Shown here: in pieces, positions 10,281 through 23,711 of the stretch
How the letters are laid out: every line of letters starts with the position of its first letter
How positions within the stretch are numbered: the first letter of the stretch is position 1
Assembly: GCA_030390025.1 (NCBI GenBank)
Contig: CM059433.1
Location: 16,804,001-16,868,000, forward strand
Direction: 5' to 3'
From: Squalus acanthias
Lineage: Eukaryota
Length of the DNA stretch: 64,000 nucleotides
Made by a program: the position numbers and the translations under genes
Notes under the pieces: generated by a model
What the model saw: only the letters and a program-made list of their open reading frames with translations
Databases searched by the model: none
Told to the model about the DNA's origin: nothing

Positions 10281-13075
10281 ATGGGTGCACTAGAGGCCAT
10301 GCAAAACAGAACAAGCTGCTGGAAGAGGGAGGAGGAGGAAGAGGAGAAGGGCACTCAGCAGGAGTCCATAGCTGCCCAGGGTGTTCAGGGAGCAATTCTC
10401 CTTCCTGAACCTCAGCGAGGAATGAGACGTCTGCGCTTCAGTAAGGATGCCCTCACTGAAATCTGCCACCTGCTGCAGCCACAACTGCAATGTCAGAGCA
10501 GGGCAAGGACCAAATGACCATTGGCTGTAAAGGTGACCTTGGCAATGAACTTTTATGTGTTTGGCTCCCTCCAGGCTGGAGCTGGAAATATTTGCAACAT
10601 CTCGAATTTTGCCATTCACTGTTGCGTAAGGGAGGTCACTGATGCTCTCTATTCAAAGAGACTACATTTCATTCACTCTTGCCAGAGAGCAGCAGGGAGC
10701 CCTAGCACACAGCTTCGCTCAGATTCCAGACATCCCCATGGTGTAGGGTGCAATTGACAGCACGCACATCGCTTTGCGGGCACCACATGTTAACTCTGAT
10801 ATGTACCGGAACGGAGAGGGATTCTACTAGCGAGAGATATAAAACCAGACTGTAAAAGCTTCTATAGGTATGTAAAAAGGAAAAGATTAGTGAAAGTAAA
10901 CATGAGTCCCTTACAGGCTGAGACAGGAGAAATTATAATGGGGAATAAGGAAATGGCAGAGAAATTAAACAAATACTTTGTGTCTGTCTTCATGGAAGAA
11001 GATGCAAAAAAACTCCCGGAAATAGTGGAGAACCAAGGGTCTAGTGAGAATGAGGAACTGAAAGAAATTAGTATTAGTAAAAAGATAGTAATGGAGAAAT
11101 TAATGGGACTGAAAGCCAATAAATCCCCTGGACCTGATGGCCTACATCCTAGGGTTTTAAAAGAGGCGGCTATAGAGATAGTGGATGCATTGTTTGTCAT
11201 CTTCCAAAATTCCATAGATTCTAGAACGGTTCCCGCGGATTGGAAGTTAGCAAATGTAACCCCACTATTTAAGAAAGGAGGGAGAGAGAAAATGGGGAAC
11301 TACAGACCAGTTGGCCTGACATCAGTAGTAGGGAAAATGCTAGAATCTATTATTAAGGACGTTGTAACAGGGCACTTAGAACATAATAATAGGATTAGGC
11401 AGAGTCAGAGGCAACTAGGTGGGAATGTAAGTTGTGAGAAGGATGCAAAGAGGCTTCAAGGGGATATAGACAGCTAAGTGAGTGGGCAAGAGTATGGCAA
11501 ATGGAATATAATGTGGAGCAATGTGAAGTTATCCACTTTGGTAGGAAAAATAGAAAAGCAGAGTATTTTTTAAATGGAGAGAGATTGGGAAATGTTGCTG
11601 TTCAGAGGGACCTGGGTGTCCTTGTACACGAATCACTGAAAGTTAACATGCAGGTACAGCAAGCAATTAGGAAAGCAAATGGTATGTTGGCCTTTGTTAC
11701 AAGAGGATTTGTGTATAAGAGTAAAGATGTCTTACTGCAATTAAAGAGGGCCCTGGTGAGACCACACCTGGAGTATTGTGTACAGTTTTGGTCTCCTTAC
11801 CTAAGGAAGAATATTCTTGCCATAGAGGGAGTGCAACGAAGGTTCACCAGACTGGTTCCTGGGATGGGGGGATTTTCCTATGAGGAGAGTTTGAGTAGAC
11901 TAGGCCTATATTCTCTAGAGTTTAGAAGAATGAGAGGTGAACTCATTGAAACATACAAATTTCTTACAGGGCTTGACAGGGTAGATGCAAGGAGGATGTT
12001 TCCCCTGGCTGGGGAGTCTAGAACCAAGGGTCACAGTCTCAGAATAAGAGGTCGGCCATTTAGGACTGAGATGAGGAGAAATTTCTTCACTCAGAGGGTG
12101 GTGAATCTTTGGAATTCTCTACCGCAGAGGGCTGTGGAGACTCAGTCGTTGAGTATATTCAAGACAGAGATCGATAGATTTTTGAATATTAAAGGAACCA
12201 AGGGATATGGGGATAGTACAGGAATGTGGAGATGAGGTAGAAGATCAGCCATGATCTTATTGAATGGCGGAGCAGGCTCAAAGGGCCAAATGGCCTACTC
12301 CTGCTCCTATTTCTTATGTTCTTATGTTCTCCAGACCCACAGCAATATGGTTGACTCTTAACTGCTCTCTGAAATGGCCTAGCAAGCCATTCAGTTGTAC
12401 CAAACCACTACAACAAAGTCAGCACTGTGGGAATCAAGGGATATGTGGATAGTGCAGGAAAGTGGGGTTTTTGGTAGAAGATCAGCCATGATCTTATTGA
12501 ATGGCGGAGCATATTTCTTACGTTCTTATGTTCTTATGTTCACTCCCTCAACATCCAGCTGGTGTTCGACCATAGGCAGCGAATCATGTAGGTCAATGCC
12601 CGGTATCCTGGCAGCAGTCATGATGTCTTCTTTCTGTAGTCGTGCGCTGTGCCATCTGCATTTGAGCCACCATGGCAAACCAAAGGGTGGCTACTGGGTG
12701 ACAAGGGCTATCCACTGACGACATGGCTCATGACTCCGGTGCGCAACCCATGCATATGTGGGCAGCATGCATACAATGAAAGCCATGCTGCCACATGAAA
12801 GGTGATAGAGTAGACTATTGACATGCTGAAACAATGCTTCCGTTGCCTGGACCGCTCTGAGGAGCCCTGCAGTACTCGGCAGAGCAGGTGTCAAGATTCA
12901 TGGTGGTCTGCTGCATGCTGCACAACCTCTCCATCATGAGGGCACAGCCTTTGCTATCGGCTACACGGCGAGCAGCTGAGGAGGAGGAGGAAGAGGAAGG
13001 GATGAGGCAACCTATGAGCCTCTTTCTAGCAGGGCTGTCCATGAACAACTCATCCGAGTGCAATACCAGCAAACA
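10281..13075 (+). pseudogene. HARBI1-like nuclease, degraded and split by CR1 at ~10829-12540
   Basis: [74 protein letters not shown], then a poly-E tract. Confidence 0.85.
10829..12540 (+). mobile_element. CR1 LINE with internal deletion of the RT core, plus SINE fragment and second CR1 tail
   Basis: ORFs 10890-11477 (KSPGPDGLHPRVLKE..GNYRPV) and 11501-12235. Reads IRQSQ directly into QLGG at ~11409. (TTCTTATG)n tails at ~12311 and ~12523. Confidence 0.9.
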
Positions 13076-13249
13076 CAACCCCAATTCCCTATTCACCAAC
13101 AGTTCCACACCTTACTTTCCCTCTGTCAGTGACCATCATAGTGGCCACTTGGCCACAATGCAAAAATAAAAGCCAACACAAAATAAACATTCCAAACCAA
13201 ATTTATAAATGAAATCATGCCATATTGCATACAAACATAAACTAGTCAC

Positions 13250-14900
13250 CCTTGTGCATTCCCTTAGTGCCTGTCTTCTGTGTGCCTTTGCCTGTCCTAG
13301 TGCTCCTATGCAGTGCTACCCCAGTGGCTGCAGCATGGCTGGTGGAAGGCTGCTGACTTTCAGTGAGGGAGACTGCGGATGGCCTTGGAGGACGACCTCA
13401 AGCAGCTCTGGGCCTAGAAGGCCCAGCTGCGGACTGCACCATCTTGGCATGGGCGGCAGCAGTCTGGGCTGGCTGGCTGACAGGCAACAGCAAGGGCACT
13501 AGCAGAGTGGCAGTGGTGGGAGGATGAATGCTGTCATCCTGAGAGAGGACAGCAGGTTCGTGCCCCATGAAGCCACTGCCACTCCCCCGGACTACTGGAC
13601 TCCTGTGACGCCCTGCAAGCCCCTTTCAACACTGATAACCACAGCCATGATGGCAGCAGTCTGAGCTTCCACTGCAACACTCAGACATTAGGTGGCTTCT
13701 GCTTCTGCTGCAATGGAAGCTGCGACATTGGCCATCAGACGCTGCATCATGATTGGGTCCATGAGTGTGCTAATGGAGTTGGCCACCACTTTAATGCTGG
13801 AAAGGATGGGCTTCAAGCTCTAAGCAAATCCCTGTGCCAAGTTGGTTCCGACTCCTCCATGCACCTTGACATTGCATGCAGGCTTTCTGACAGGCTTCCC
13901 AATGCACCAAGCATTTAATTGTGCACACCCATCAGCCTTCTTCTGTAGCCTGCCCCATCGAAGTCCTCATCTGAGTCCTCTGCAGCAGAACTCATGTGCG
14001 ACCTCGCCCTCCAGCGAGCTAGCCCCTGTGCTGTCCTTGCCCCCTGCCTTGACTGTAGGCCACTCGTGCCCGGTGTCTCATCACGTGCAGATCCTGCCTC
14101 TATGCTATCCTCTAAATTACACACATTGTCAGTATCTGAGCTGGTGGCTGCGAGTGTGAAATCGAATGAAGGTGTTTCTTCATCATCACTGTCTTCTTGC
14201 TCTGTTGCTGTTCCACCACTGCCTGGCCAGGTGGCAGTTCTTGGTTATCTGAAAGTATAAAGGCACAAGGGTAAGGTTGTGGTGAGAGGACAGGGAGCAG
14301 GGGGTGGGGGAAGTAAGGGGTGCATGCTTACACCATCTGCAGCTTGTAAATCAGAAGAGGTTGTGGGATGATTGGGAAGTGGGATGTGAGAAGAAGGATT
14401 AGGTATGAGGATATCTTCAACTTCTACGGTTTCAGTCCCACCGCTGGCCGCGGGTTCAGCAATGGCCGTTCCAATGATGGCGAGCATCGTCTCCTCCATG
14501 GGGGTTAGGACATGCAGGCGCGCCTGTCCCCCACTGGTTAGCTGCTGCTGCCTCCGGTTGTGCACCACCTTGTCCTGCAAGAGAGAGGGAAGTGTGTCAG
14601 TGAGTGTGGTGAAATCTGTTTGGGTGATGTGGCTGTCATGGTTGAATATATGGCAGTGTATGCAAGCTGTGAGATGTGGGTGTGAGGCTTACAGCAGTGC
14701 TAAGTGTGTGAGGGTGAGGTGAAGAGTATGTTAGGTATGAGTCCTGATTGATAGAGATTGTTGCTAGGTGAGTGATGGAGGTGTGGTGCTTTGAGCAGTG
14801 TGTCAGGCTAGTGTTGCAGTTGGTGGGATGCGGCATTTGAAGATGCAATCACTGACCATGACCACTCGTGTGAGGTCATTGACATTTTTGCGGCACTGGT
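13250..14900 (-). pseudogene. Harbinger Myb/SANT-like gene of element B, degraded
   Basis: QCRKNVNDLTRV (14860-14898), exon QDKVVHNRRQQQLTSGGQARLHVLTPMEE, and a low-complexity exon homologous to ORF 47300-47992. Confidence 0.75.
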
Positions 14901-15261
14901 GCTCAGAGGTACTTGTGTAGTTAACCAGCTAAAGCTACAACGCCTACCAGTACAGAGCACCAGTAAGCTTCCTGCTGCTCGTCCAACCAGGACCACAATA
15001 TCTGTCAAAGCATTGACTTGCAGGGTTAACTCGGGCTCAGTAGGAAAAATCCCAGCCCCAAGCTCTAGATTTCATGAGTGAGCCAAACTAGCTAGTTAAT
15101 CATCAATTGTGGTCTGATGTACTACAAACTTGCTTGTCTTAGGTAACAGATTACTAATCTGTCAGAGAATTGATTTTGTTCCCTAATTCCATCACCAGGT
15201 GGGTCATCTTGGAGTCGCCTCAACCCCAGAGAAACACCCCCCATACCTCTCTCTCCTTAGG

Positions 15262-15545
15262 AGGATAATCATGAGTTGGTTGTGGTGGTGTTGGTTGAGG
15301 AAGGATTCTTGGTCAGGGCACCTGCTCTTGTTTGAATAGTGCCATGGCTTCTTTAATATCCATCAGAACAAGCAGACAGGTCTCAGTTTAATGTTTCATT
15401 CAAAAGACAGTTCCTCCAACAATGTAGCACTCCATTGGCATTGTATTGCAGTGCCATTCTAGATCATGTGCTCAAGTTCTGGTCTGTGGATTGATTCCAT
15501 AACCTTCTAACTCAAAGGCAAGAGTACCGCCAACTGAACCAATTA
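15262..15545 (-). mobile_element. Deu-domain SINE (SacSINE1-like)
   Basis: Resembles the recalled Deu-domain consensus (CAGACAGGTCTCAGTTTAATGTTTCATTCAAAAGACAG..CTCCAACAATGTAGCACTCC) with a tRNA-like head at the right end. Related pieces at ~42460-42560 and ~50145-50260. Confidence 0.6.
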
Positions 15546-15576
15546 GAAACTAACATTTAACATATCACAACTCAAT

Positions 15577-16168
15577 GGGGGAAATTTTAGCCTAAAAATA
15601 TGGGTGGGTTGGGGTCGGGTGGGAAGTTAAAGTGTTAAAAATCTGAATCCCAACCAGAACCCACCCCCTTCCGGTTTTAACTGAGGCAGGACGGGGGACC
15701 GGGCAGCCAACCCGCTCCCAGGTGCCTTTACACTTACCTCCTGGATCTAGCATCCCTGACTAACCCACCCCCCGTGATTGGAGACCCTCCCACAAGGCTT
15801 CCAATCCCCCCCCCTCCCCCTCCGATCCCCACTATGTGGCCTCCCCCCACTCCTTGCTCCTCTGGCCCCTGATCCTCACTTGACCGCACCGCCCCCCCCC
15901 CCACCCCCCATGCTGGTCCCGGCCCCCGATTCTCACCCGAACCCCTCCCTGTGCTCCTCCGGCCACCACCCGGCCCCCACGCGATCCCTCCCTCCCTCCT
16001 CTCTGCGGCCTAGTGGCTGGCTGCGGGTGGGAAACAGAGGCTTCCAATGCAAACCAAGCCCTGCCATTAAATTCGGCAGGCCCTGCGGGAAATCCATTCT
16101 CCCGGGTTTCCCGACCGCTTCGGAGCCCCCCTCGCTCCCAACCCGTCTTCCCCATTAAAATTCAGGCC
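15577..16168. mobile_element. Harbinger-type MITE (family also at 45583-46295 and 54606-54910)
   Basis: Shared GGGTGGGTTGGGGTCGGGTGGGAAGTTAAAGTGTTAAAAAT-like terminus and AAATT-containing ends. Confidence 0.6.
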
Positions 16169-16384
16169 AATGTTTTCAACTTCCAAACAAAAGGGTTTTA
16201 ACATTTGGCTGCACTTACAACTAATTCTTTATTGATATATTTTAGTGCATTTATATCTGCCACTAGGTTTGTATATACAGCAGGTAGAATGGACCTTATT
16301 TCTAACTAAGTCCTAGACAGCAGAGCAGGCATGAGCAAGGATGGAGTGGAGAGCAGTTAGGAGACTTGTCAGATGAATTAAGTA

Positions 16385-19300
16385 GAATGACATAGAATGT
16401 AAAGCACAGAAACAGGCCATTCGGCCCAACTGGTCTATGCCGGTGTTTATGCTCCTCACGAGCCTCCTCCCACCTTTCTTCATCTAACCCTATCAGCATA
16501 TCCTTCTATTTCTTTCTCCCTCATGTGTTTACCTAGCTTCCCCTTAAATGCATCCATGTTATTCGCCTCAACTACTCCATGTGGTAGCAAGTTCCACATT
16601 CTAACCACTCTCTGGGTAAAGAAGTTTGTCCTGTATTCCTTATTTGATTTAGTAGTGTCTATCTTATATTTATGACCCCTAGTTTTGGACTCCCCCACAA
16701 GTGGAAACATCTTCTCTACATCTATCCTATTAAGCCCCTTCACAATTTCAAAGACTCTATTCGGTCATCTCTCAGCCTTCTCTTTTCTAGAGAAAAGAAT
16801 CCCAGCCTATTCAGCCTTTTCTGACTGTTATAATCTCTCAGGTCCGGTATCATACTTGTAAACCTTTTTTGCACCTTCTCCAGTGTCTCTATATCCTTTT
16901 TGCAATATGGAGACCAGAACTGTGCACAGTACTCCAAGTGTGGTCTAACCAAGGTCCTATGCAAGTTTAACATAACTTCTCTACTTTTCAATTCTATCTG
17001 TCTAGAAATGAACCCCAGTGCTTTGTTTGCATTTTTTAAAGCCTTATTAACCTGCGTTGCTACTTTTAGTGATTTGTGTATCTGTATCCCTAGATCCCTT
17101 TGCATCTCTACCCTATTTAGACTCGACGGGCTAGAAATTCATTTGCTGAGTGCCACTCCATAGCGCCACGAAATGGCGATAAAATGGCGGCTGCCGCTCT
17201 TTCGCCAGCTGGTGGCGGTTCCCGTGGCAGCTGCCATATTGCTCTCCCCCTTTGCGCTGCCAGTAACTGGCAGCGCCCTGGAAAGAAAATGGCAGCATGG
17301 TGAAGTCAATCGGCGTGCAAGCAGGCTGACGGTGGCGATGTCTGCAACTCTTAAAGGGACACACACATCATTCAGGTAAGTTTGAATTTAAGGGTTTGGA
17401 CTGGGTTTTTTTGATTTTATTGAAGTGGTGGCTTGCTGCAATAGATGTGATTTTTTTTTAAGTGTGTAGGGAGTGCTGCTGGATGCTTGCAAGGACTCGG
17501 ATGGTAAATGAAGGTCTTTGGGAAGACAGAACATGCTGCGAATACTCAGCAGGTCACGCAACATTCGTGGAGAGAAAAACAGAGTTCATGTCTCAGGTCG
17601 ACATGCTGCCTGACCAACTGAGTATTTCCAGCATTTTATGCTGTCATTTCACATTTACAGCATCCGCTGGCAGAGGAAGAGGAAGACGCAGAAGAGGAGG
17701 AAGCCAGAGAGGAGGAATCAGATGGAAGGATGCATCCCAGACAGCCTCTTTGTGGCCGGGATATCCGGGATGGAATCATCTGCCTGCGGTCCCACTGGCT
17801 GGGCAGGCTGCCTCTTCTTGTTGACCCACTGGCTGGGCAGGTTGCATTTCTTGGCGGTGTGAAATGAGGAAGGCACAAGGGTGGAGTTGTGCTGACGGGA
17901 GGGCAGGAAAGCATGAGGTGCATGCCAGAAGGAGGATAAAGTACGAGGATACCAGTATCTTGTATCCTTTCAGCCCCGCCGCTGGCCAAGGGCTCAGCCA
18001 TGCCCCTGCCAAGAATGGCCTGCACCGTCTCCTCCAAGGGGGTGAGGTGAGGCTAGGAATGGGAGATGTGCCTCGTCATTGGTGTAGATTGTTGGTAGGT
18101 GAGTGATTGGGGGTTGTGTATTGAACAGTGTGTGAGGCTAGTGGTGCAGTTGGTAGGAGACGGCTTTTGAAGATGTGGTCTGAGGTCATGAAGCTTCTTT
18201 GGGCACTGGAGCCAGGTGGTGGGGGCGGCACTGCTGGCAGTGATGGCCTTAGTGATGTACTCCCACATTGTTCTTTCTGGAGGGCCTCCTGGCCTCTGTG
18301 GGTAGAGGGCCGGTCTTGCAGTGTTGACCCCCTGCACAAAGCTGGAGCGCTGCGTGTGAGACCCTCGGTGCCCCTTCCCTGGCTTGCTGAGCCACTTGTG
18401 TTAGTGTTGAGGCAGTTTTCCCATTTGTTGAGGTTAGGAAGGTAATTCAGTTTTAACAGCTGAATATTCACATTTTGAACTTCTTTTAAATATTGAATAG
18501 TTCTCAAAAGGCAGAATGGGCTGAAAAATGTATTGATCCACTGCATTTTATTTTGTATTGCTTCAGTGTGCATGGCCCCTTTAATTCTCAGACCTCTTCA
18601 TTACTCACAATTCCCTGCGAGCTCCACAGCTTCGCTCACAGAAGCTGTGGGAAGCTGCAAAGCTGGACAGAAACATCGTCCCGGATCCCTCCAACAACAC
18701 CACTAGGATGGCGCTGCACGGAAGGTGAGCACTGCGCCACCTATCTCCATGCCCCCCAGACCAATTTCACTCGGCTAGCGTTGCAGCCATTTCCAGCGGC
18801 CGTTGGCGAACACAAATTTTTTCCATCTTGTTGTCCAAGCTGTATGTGGCCTCCTTATTCTTCCTACCAAAATGTACCTCCTCACATTTATCTATATTGA
18901 AATTCATTTGCCATTAACACGCCCATTCTGCAAGTTTATTAGCATCTTCTTGTATTTTGTCGCAGTCTTCCTCAGTATTAACTGTACCCTCCAATATGGT
19001 GTCATCCGCAAATTTTGAAATTGTACTTCTGATTCACAAAGTTATCAAAGGCCTTTTGAAAATCCAAATCTATTACATCTACTACATTACCCTTGTCTAC
19101 TCTTTCTGTTACTTCTTCAAAGAATTCAATAAAGTTGGTCAAGCATGACCTTCACTTTTGAAATCTGTGCTGATTACTCTATTATATTTTCGGTTTCTAG
19201 ATGTTTTTCAATTACATCTTTGAGTAAAGATTCCATTATCTTTCCTACCACCGATGCTAAGCTAACTGGTCTATTGTTCCCTAGACTTGTTCTATCTCCC

Positions 19301-19665
19301 TTTTTAAATAGGAATCATATTAACTGTCTACCAGACCGCTGGCACTACTCTCTTTTCTAATGAATTTTTATATATATGTAATAGTGCCTCTTCTATCTCT
19401 TCCCTAACTTCTTTTAATACGCATGGATGCAATCCGCCTGGACTAGGGGTTTTGTCCTCTCTAAGTTTGATTAGTCTATCAATTATTTCCCCCCTTTCTA
19501 TTTTAAATGTCTTTATATCATTTTTGTTCTCTTCTTCTCATGTCATGCCTACCTTGTTAGTCTTCCTGGTAAATACTGAGGCAAAGTAACTATTCAATAT
19601 TTCTGCCATTTCGTTGTCATTACCTGTGAGTTTATCTTGTGCATCCCTTAGTGGCCCGATCCCTG
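16385..19665 (-). mobile_element. CR1 LINE with internal deletions, split by Harbinger remnant C
   Basis: ORFs 16480-16743 and 16740-17105 are RT C-terminus. FADD motif on - at ~19000. N-terminal RT motifs at ~19250-19620. Confidence 0.85.
17128..18824. mobile_element. Internally deleted Harbinger element C with a small inverted Penelope-tail remnant (~17535-17665)
   Basis: Left end GGGCTAGAAATT. Myb remnant on - (WEYITKAITASSAAPTTWLQCPKKLHDL; MEETVQAILGRG). Confidence 0.7.
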
Positions 19666-19869
19666 TCACTTCTCTGTCACTCCCGTCTGCACCTGCCCAA
19701 GAGCCTCAATATCCTTCACCATCTGCAGGGACCAAAACTGCACACAATACTGCAAGTACGGACGTATCAAAACCTTGTGTAGTCTAAATATAATGGTCTT
19801 TGTTTTATACTTGATGGTCCTAGAAACTACCGAGAATCATATTTGTCTTTCCTATAGCCACATCATATT

Positions 19870-20600
19870 GGGCCGAAAATTGATCCCGGGACGCGAGAGT
19901 ACGCACTGCATACTCTCGCGTATTCCCACTCCAATTGCCGGTTTTCTGCATGCCCTGCGCATGCGCTGAAAACCGGCAATTGCTCTTCCGAAAAGGGGGC
20001 GGGGCCGGAGTGCATCGCGTGCGCGCTACAGGCTGCGCGCACGCTGTGCACTTCATGCTGTGGACGCGCAGGTAAGTACTGAAGATTTTGGAAATGTAAA
20101 AAGGAGGAGTAAGACCCGCTTTTAAGAAGGTAAGTAGTGAATTAAGTATTTTTTTGAATTTTTTTTTACAGGTATATCTTTTTTATAGACTTTAAAGACA
20201 GGTAAGTTTATTTTTATAACTTTTTAAAAGATTTTAAATTTTTTCAAAAATTTAATTTTTTATTTAAAATGGTTAATTTAATTAACTATACTTATTTTAT
20301 TAATGTGATGGGTTTTTTTTTAAATTTAATTGAGGTTTAGCTGTTATTTTGGGGGGGTGTAAGATTCATAAGTCTCTCAGCCATGCTGTGAGACTTATGA
20401 ATGGAAGATGGTGTGCTGCCATTGGCTCTAACTGAGTCACGTGATCCCACAGCTCGCACGAATTAACTACGCCGCTGGGATACGCAAGCCCAGCACAGCT
20501 GATGTCTGGAACATCAATTTCGTGCGAGCTGGATCAGAAAAAGCATAAGCGAGGTGAGACATCGCGGGAAAGGCTTACCCCCGCAGGAACAGAGCGAGAT
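19870..20600 (+). mobile_element. Non-autonomous DNA transposon with three subterminal hairpins, copy 1
   Basis: Colinear with 25604-26366. Starts GGGCCGAAAATT. Confidence 0.7.
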
Positions 20601-21766
20601 GTACAAAACTGCACTTGTCCACATTGAAGGATATCATCCATATGTGGCTCTATTTCCTAAATAATCTAAATCATCCTGCAACCCTCACCCCCCAAAGTCA
20701 TAGGGCTGGATTTTGATACTGGGGCGGGTTGGCGTCGTGTCATCCGCATTTCGTGTTATCCACCCGCCTGCAATTGGATGTGGGAGATTGATGCAATTTT
20801 CACTTAATTGGGCAATTGAGTTCCAGCATGTGGAAACCCATGAACCAATTAGTGGTTTCAGTCTGAAAGTCGCCTCTGATGATGTCATCATTGCAGGTCA
20901 GAGACTGCCTGGTCTCAGAGATTGCCTGGCCTTTGCTGTGAGAGGACCTGGATGCAAAATGAGGAGAGAGAGAAAGAGAAAGAGAAAGAGAGAGAGAGAA
21001 TTTTTTTTGCAACCAAGTCCTCCCAGGCAGTCTCTGAAGACATTCACTGCAGCAGCATCAGAGGCAACTTTCAGACCTAATACTACTACCTTCATCACAA
21101 TACTACTACTACCTTCATCACATCTCCATTGTATTAGTGGACCTGCAGCTGATAGTCAGCTATCCACTTGTGCTCCCGCCAGGTTTCACTGGCGTGTTTC
21201 ACATCAGGCGTACTTCACGTCGGAAAAGGGTTAAACTAGCTAAAATGTTTCAAAATGGCATTACAGAGCCAATTTAGGGCTTGTTAAGGGCTTTAATGGC
21301 CTCTCCCGCCTCTTGGAGGCGGGACGGAGTCGGGAACCCCGCGACCGATTTTGTCAAAATTGCGTGGAGGCGGAATGGTGTCGGGACCCCCGAATCTGCA
21401 ACTTTAACCCCCCACACGCCTCCAAACCCGACTCCACGGGTCATTAAAAATCCAGCCCATACAATCTCCCGGGAGAGGCACAATAAAGAGAAAAACACTG
21501 TAGACCAATTTTGTGAAGGACTTGGGAAATTCCTGTCTGACTCCCAAAGGCAATCAAGCAAACTCCAGGAATCTGCAGTGATTGATATCACTAGTACAAT
21601 TCACTTACCTACCTTCCATAACTTGAGTACTTTCCCCTTGCAGAAACTCATCCAGCTACCTTGGAAGGCCTGTAGTGAATTCATACTTACTGCATATACC
21701 AGCAACCTATTGCAAAGGTTGACAACTTTCTGTAAAAAGAACTACTTCTTTGTTGAGCGCACCAGT

Positions 21767-22320
21767 TGATGCAAGAAACTTACAAGACACTTAGCTTGTG
21801 GTATACTTTATTAATCCCAAAGTCCACCCGAATGTAACTAAGGATTGCATTCATAGATAGATCTGAATGCTATGATATCTATTCAATTACAAGCCATAAG
21901 TAAGTACGTACTCTGGGTTAGAAGCTGGGTCCTATTCTCTCGAATTGCCAGATAACTAATCTACTCCCTCGACTTTATAAACTCATTCTCCTTTTTACCT
22001 TCAGCCAGCTGTGGCAAACAGACTTCTCTTCACAACATGAAAGCAGACCCATAGCTACTGCAAAGGCCTCGTTCTTATCTGAGCTTTCTCAGGGTTGCAG
22101 ACTGAATTCATTCCTTTCTTTGTCCAGTATTTTCTATTACCCATCTGCTTCTTCGTTCTTAACCTTATCTTTCCTGTTCTGGCTGATTTGCTCAAAAACA
22201 TGTTTTCCCCTTCCAGCTGGTTTTACGTCAACAAAAGTCTACTAAACTACGTGACTGTCAGCATGTACTAACTCAAGCTAACTTCACTTACCCATGATCC
22301 CTGTTTTAGCCATATTGTCA
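21767..22320 (-). mobile_element. Possible solo LTR
   Basis: Left end TGATGCAAGAAACTTAC resembles the LTR end at 28977. AATAAA and TATA on -. Ends TGTCA, but no TSD found. Confidence 0.4.
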
Positions 22321-22539
22321 TTATGTAATGCTACCTACATAGAAAAGTAGCAAATTCAAACTCACTGCATATGCTAGCAGCCTATTGCAGAGATTGACAA
22401 CTATTTGAAAAGAATTACTGCTTGGCATTTAACCTAACTCTATGCTTTCATAATTTATACTGATGCCCTCTACTCTTGCCCTGCCTATCCAGCTCAAATA
22501 ACCTGTCCAGTTGGACAGAATCAAATTCCTTCATTAGAA

Positions 22540-23125
22540 AAAAAATAGGAGCAGGAGTAGGCCATTCGGCCCTTCGGCTGATCCTCTATCTCAATACCAT
22601 ATTCCCGCTCTCTCCCCATACCCCTTGATGCCTTTTGTGTCTAGAAATCTATCAATCTCCTTCTTAAATATATTCAGTGACTTGGCCTCCACAGCCTTCT
22701 GTGGTAGAGAATTCCACAGGTTCACCACCCTCTGAGTGAAGAAATTTCTCCTCATCTCAGTCCTAAATGTCCTACCCCGTATTCTAGACCCCCCAGCCAG
22801 GGGAAACATCCTCCCTGCATCCAGTCTGTCTAGCCCTGTCAGAATTTTATACGTTTCAATGAGATCCCCTCTCATTCTTCTAAACTCTAGTGAATACAGG
22901 CCTAGTCGACCCAATCTCTCCTCATACGACAGTCCTGCCATCCCAGGAATCAGTCTGGTGAACCTTCGCTGCACTCCCTCTATGGCAAGTATATCCTTTC
23001 TTAGGTAAGGAGACCAAAACTGTACACAGTGCTCCAGGTGTGGTCTCACCAAGGCCCTGTACAACTGTAGTAAGACATCCTTGCTCCTGTACGCAAATCC
23101 TCTTGCAATGAAGGCCAGCATACCA
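22540..23125 (-). mobile_element. 5'-truncated CR1 LINE
   Basis: ORF 22591-23169 (GMLAFIARG..LVRPHLEHCVQFWSP..WNSLPQ) with a CR1 tail. Confidence 0.9.
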
Positions 23126-23456
23126 AAATTGTTACGGTTGATGACTTGATTTAATGTGTAACTGGACAATCACAATATACTGTGAGAAAAACCTGAAACC
23201 AGAAACAACACCCTGTTGAGTTGGAAGGCAACAGCCGAGGTTGGCCAGTGAAAAATGTATTTCCCTCACCATCCAGGATAGCACTTACATCCCTTCAGGA
23301 ATTTCTGAATTAACATTTACCAGTAGCTTTTCAAATAGAACAGAATCTCCATCAATCTGTTAGCTGATGTAATCAACATGTTTTTATTTTGAAATAGCAA
23401 CAGAAAACGCTGGAAGAACTCAGCAGGCCAGGCAGCATCTGTGGAGAGAGAAACAG

Positions 23457-23493
23457 AGTTAACGTTTCAGGTCGAAGACCTTTCGTCAGAACT
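23457..23493 (-). ncRNA. Minimal type I hammerhead ribozyme motif
   Basis: Minus strand AGTT-CTGACGA-AAGGTC ttc GACCT-GAAA-CGTT-AACT. Confidence 0.75.
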
Positions 23494-23674
23494 GGGAAAA
23501 AAGCAGGAAATGAAATAGATTTAAAGCAAGTATAATGCTGGGAAAAGGGGGAGGGGATGAAAGAACAAAAGGCAAGGTCAGTGGTGGGATAGAAAGCAGG
23601 AGAGAGTTTCATCCCCTCCCCCTTTTCCCAGCATTATACTTGCTTTAAATCTATTTCATTTCCTGCTTTTTTCC

Positions 23675-23711
23675 AGTTCTGACGAAAGGTCTTCGACCTG
23701 AAACGTTAACT
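23675..23711 (+). ncRNA. Minimal type I hammerhead ribozyme motif
   Basis: AGTT-CTGACGA-AAGGTC ttc GACCT-GAAA-CGTT-AACT: stem I AGTT/AACT, palindromic ACGT stem III, GUU triplet. Confidence 0.75.

Larger units (their letters stand above)
9784..15059. mobile_element. PIF/Harbinger transposon B, interrupted by CR1
   Basis: Left end GGGTGAGAAATTGG. Nuclease on + converges on Myb gene on -. 13250-14600 is homologous to 46990-48360. Confidence 0.8.

Noticed and set aside
10890..12235. Active CR1 reverse transcriptase
   Set aside because: 5'-truncated, lacks the catalytic core and is split across frames.
7750..13075. Domesticated host HARBI1/NAIF1 genes
   Set aside because: Stops, frameshifts, a catalytic D-to-N change, TE insertions and multiple TIR-associated copies indicate dead transposons.
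23289..23356. Minus-strand exon IDGDSVLFEKLLVNVNSEIPEG with GTAAGT donor
   Set aside because: Weak acceptor, no linked exons and no recognisable protein; cannot be told from chance.
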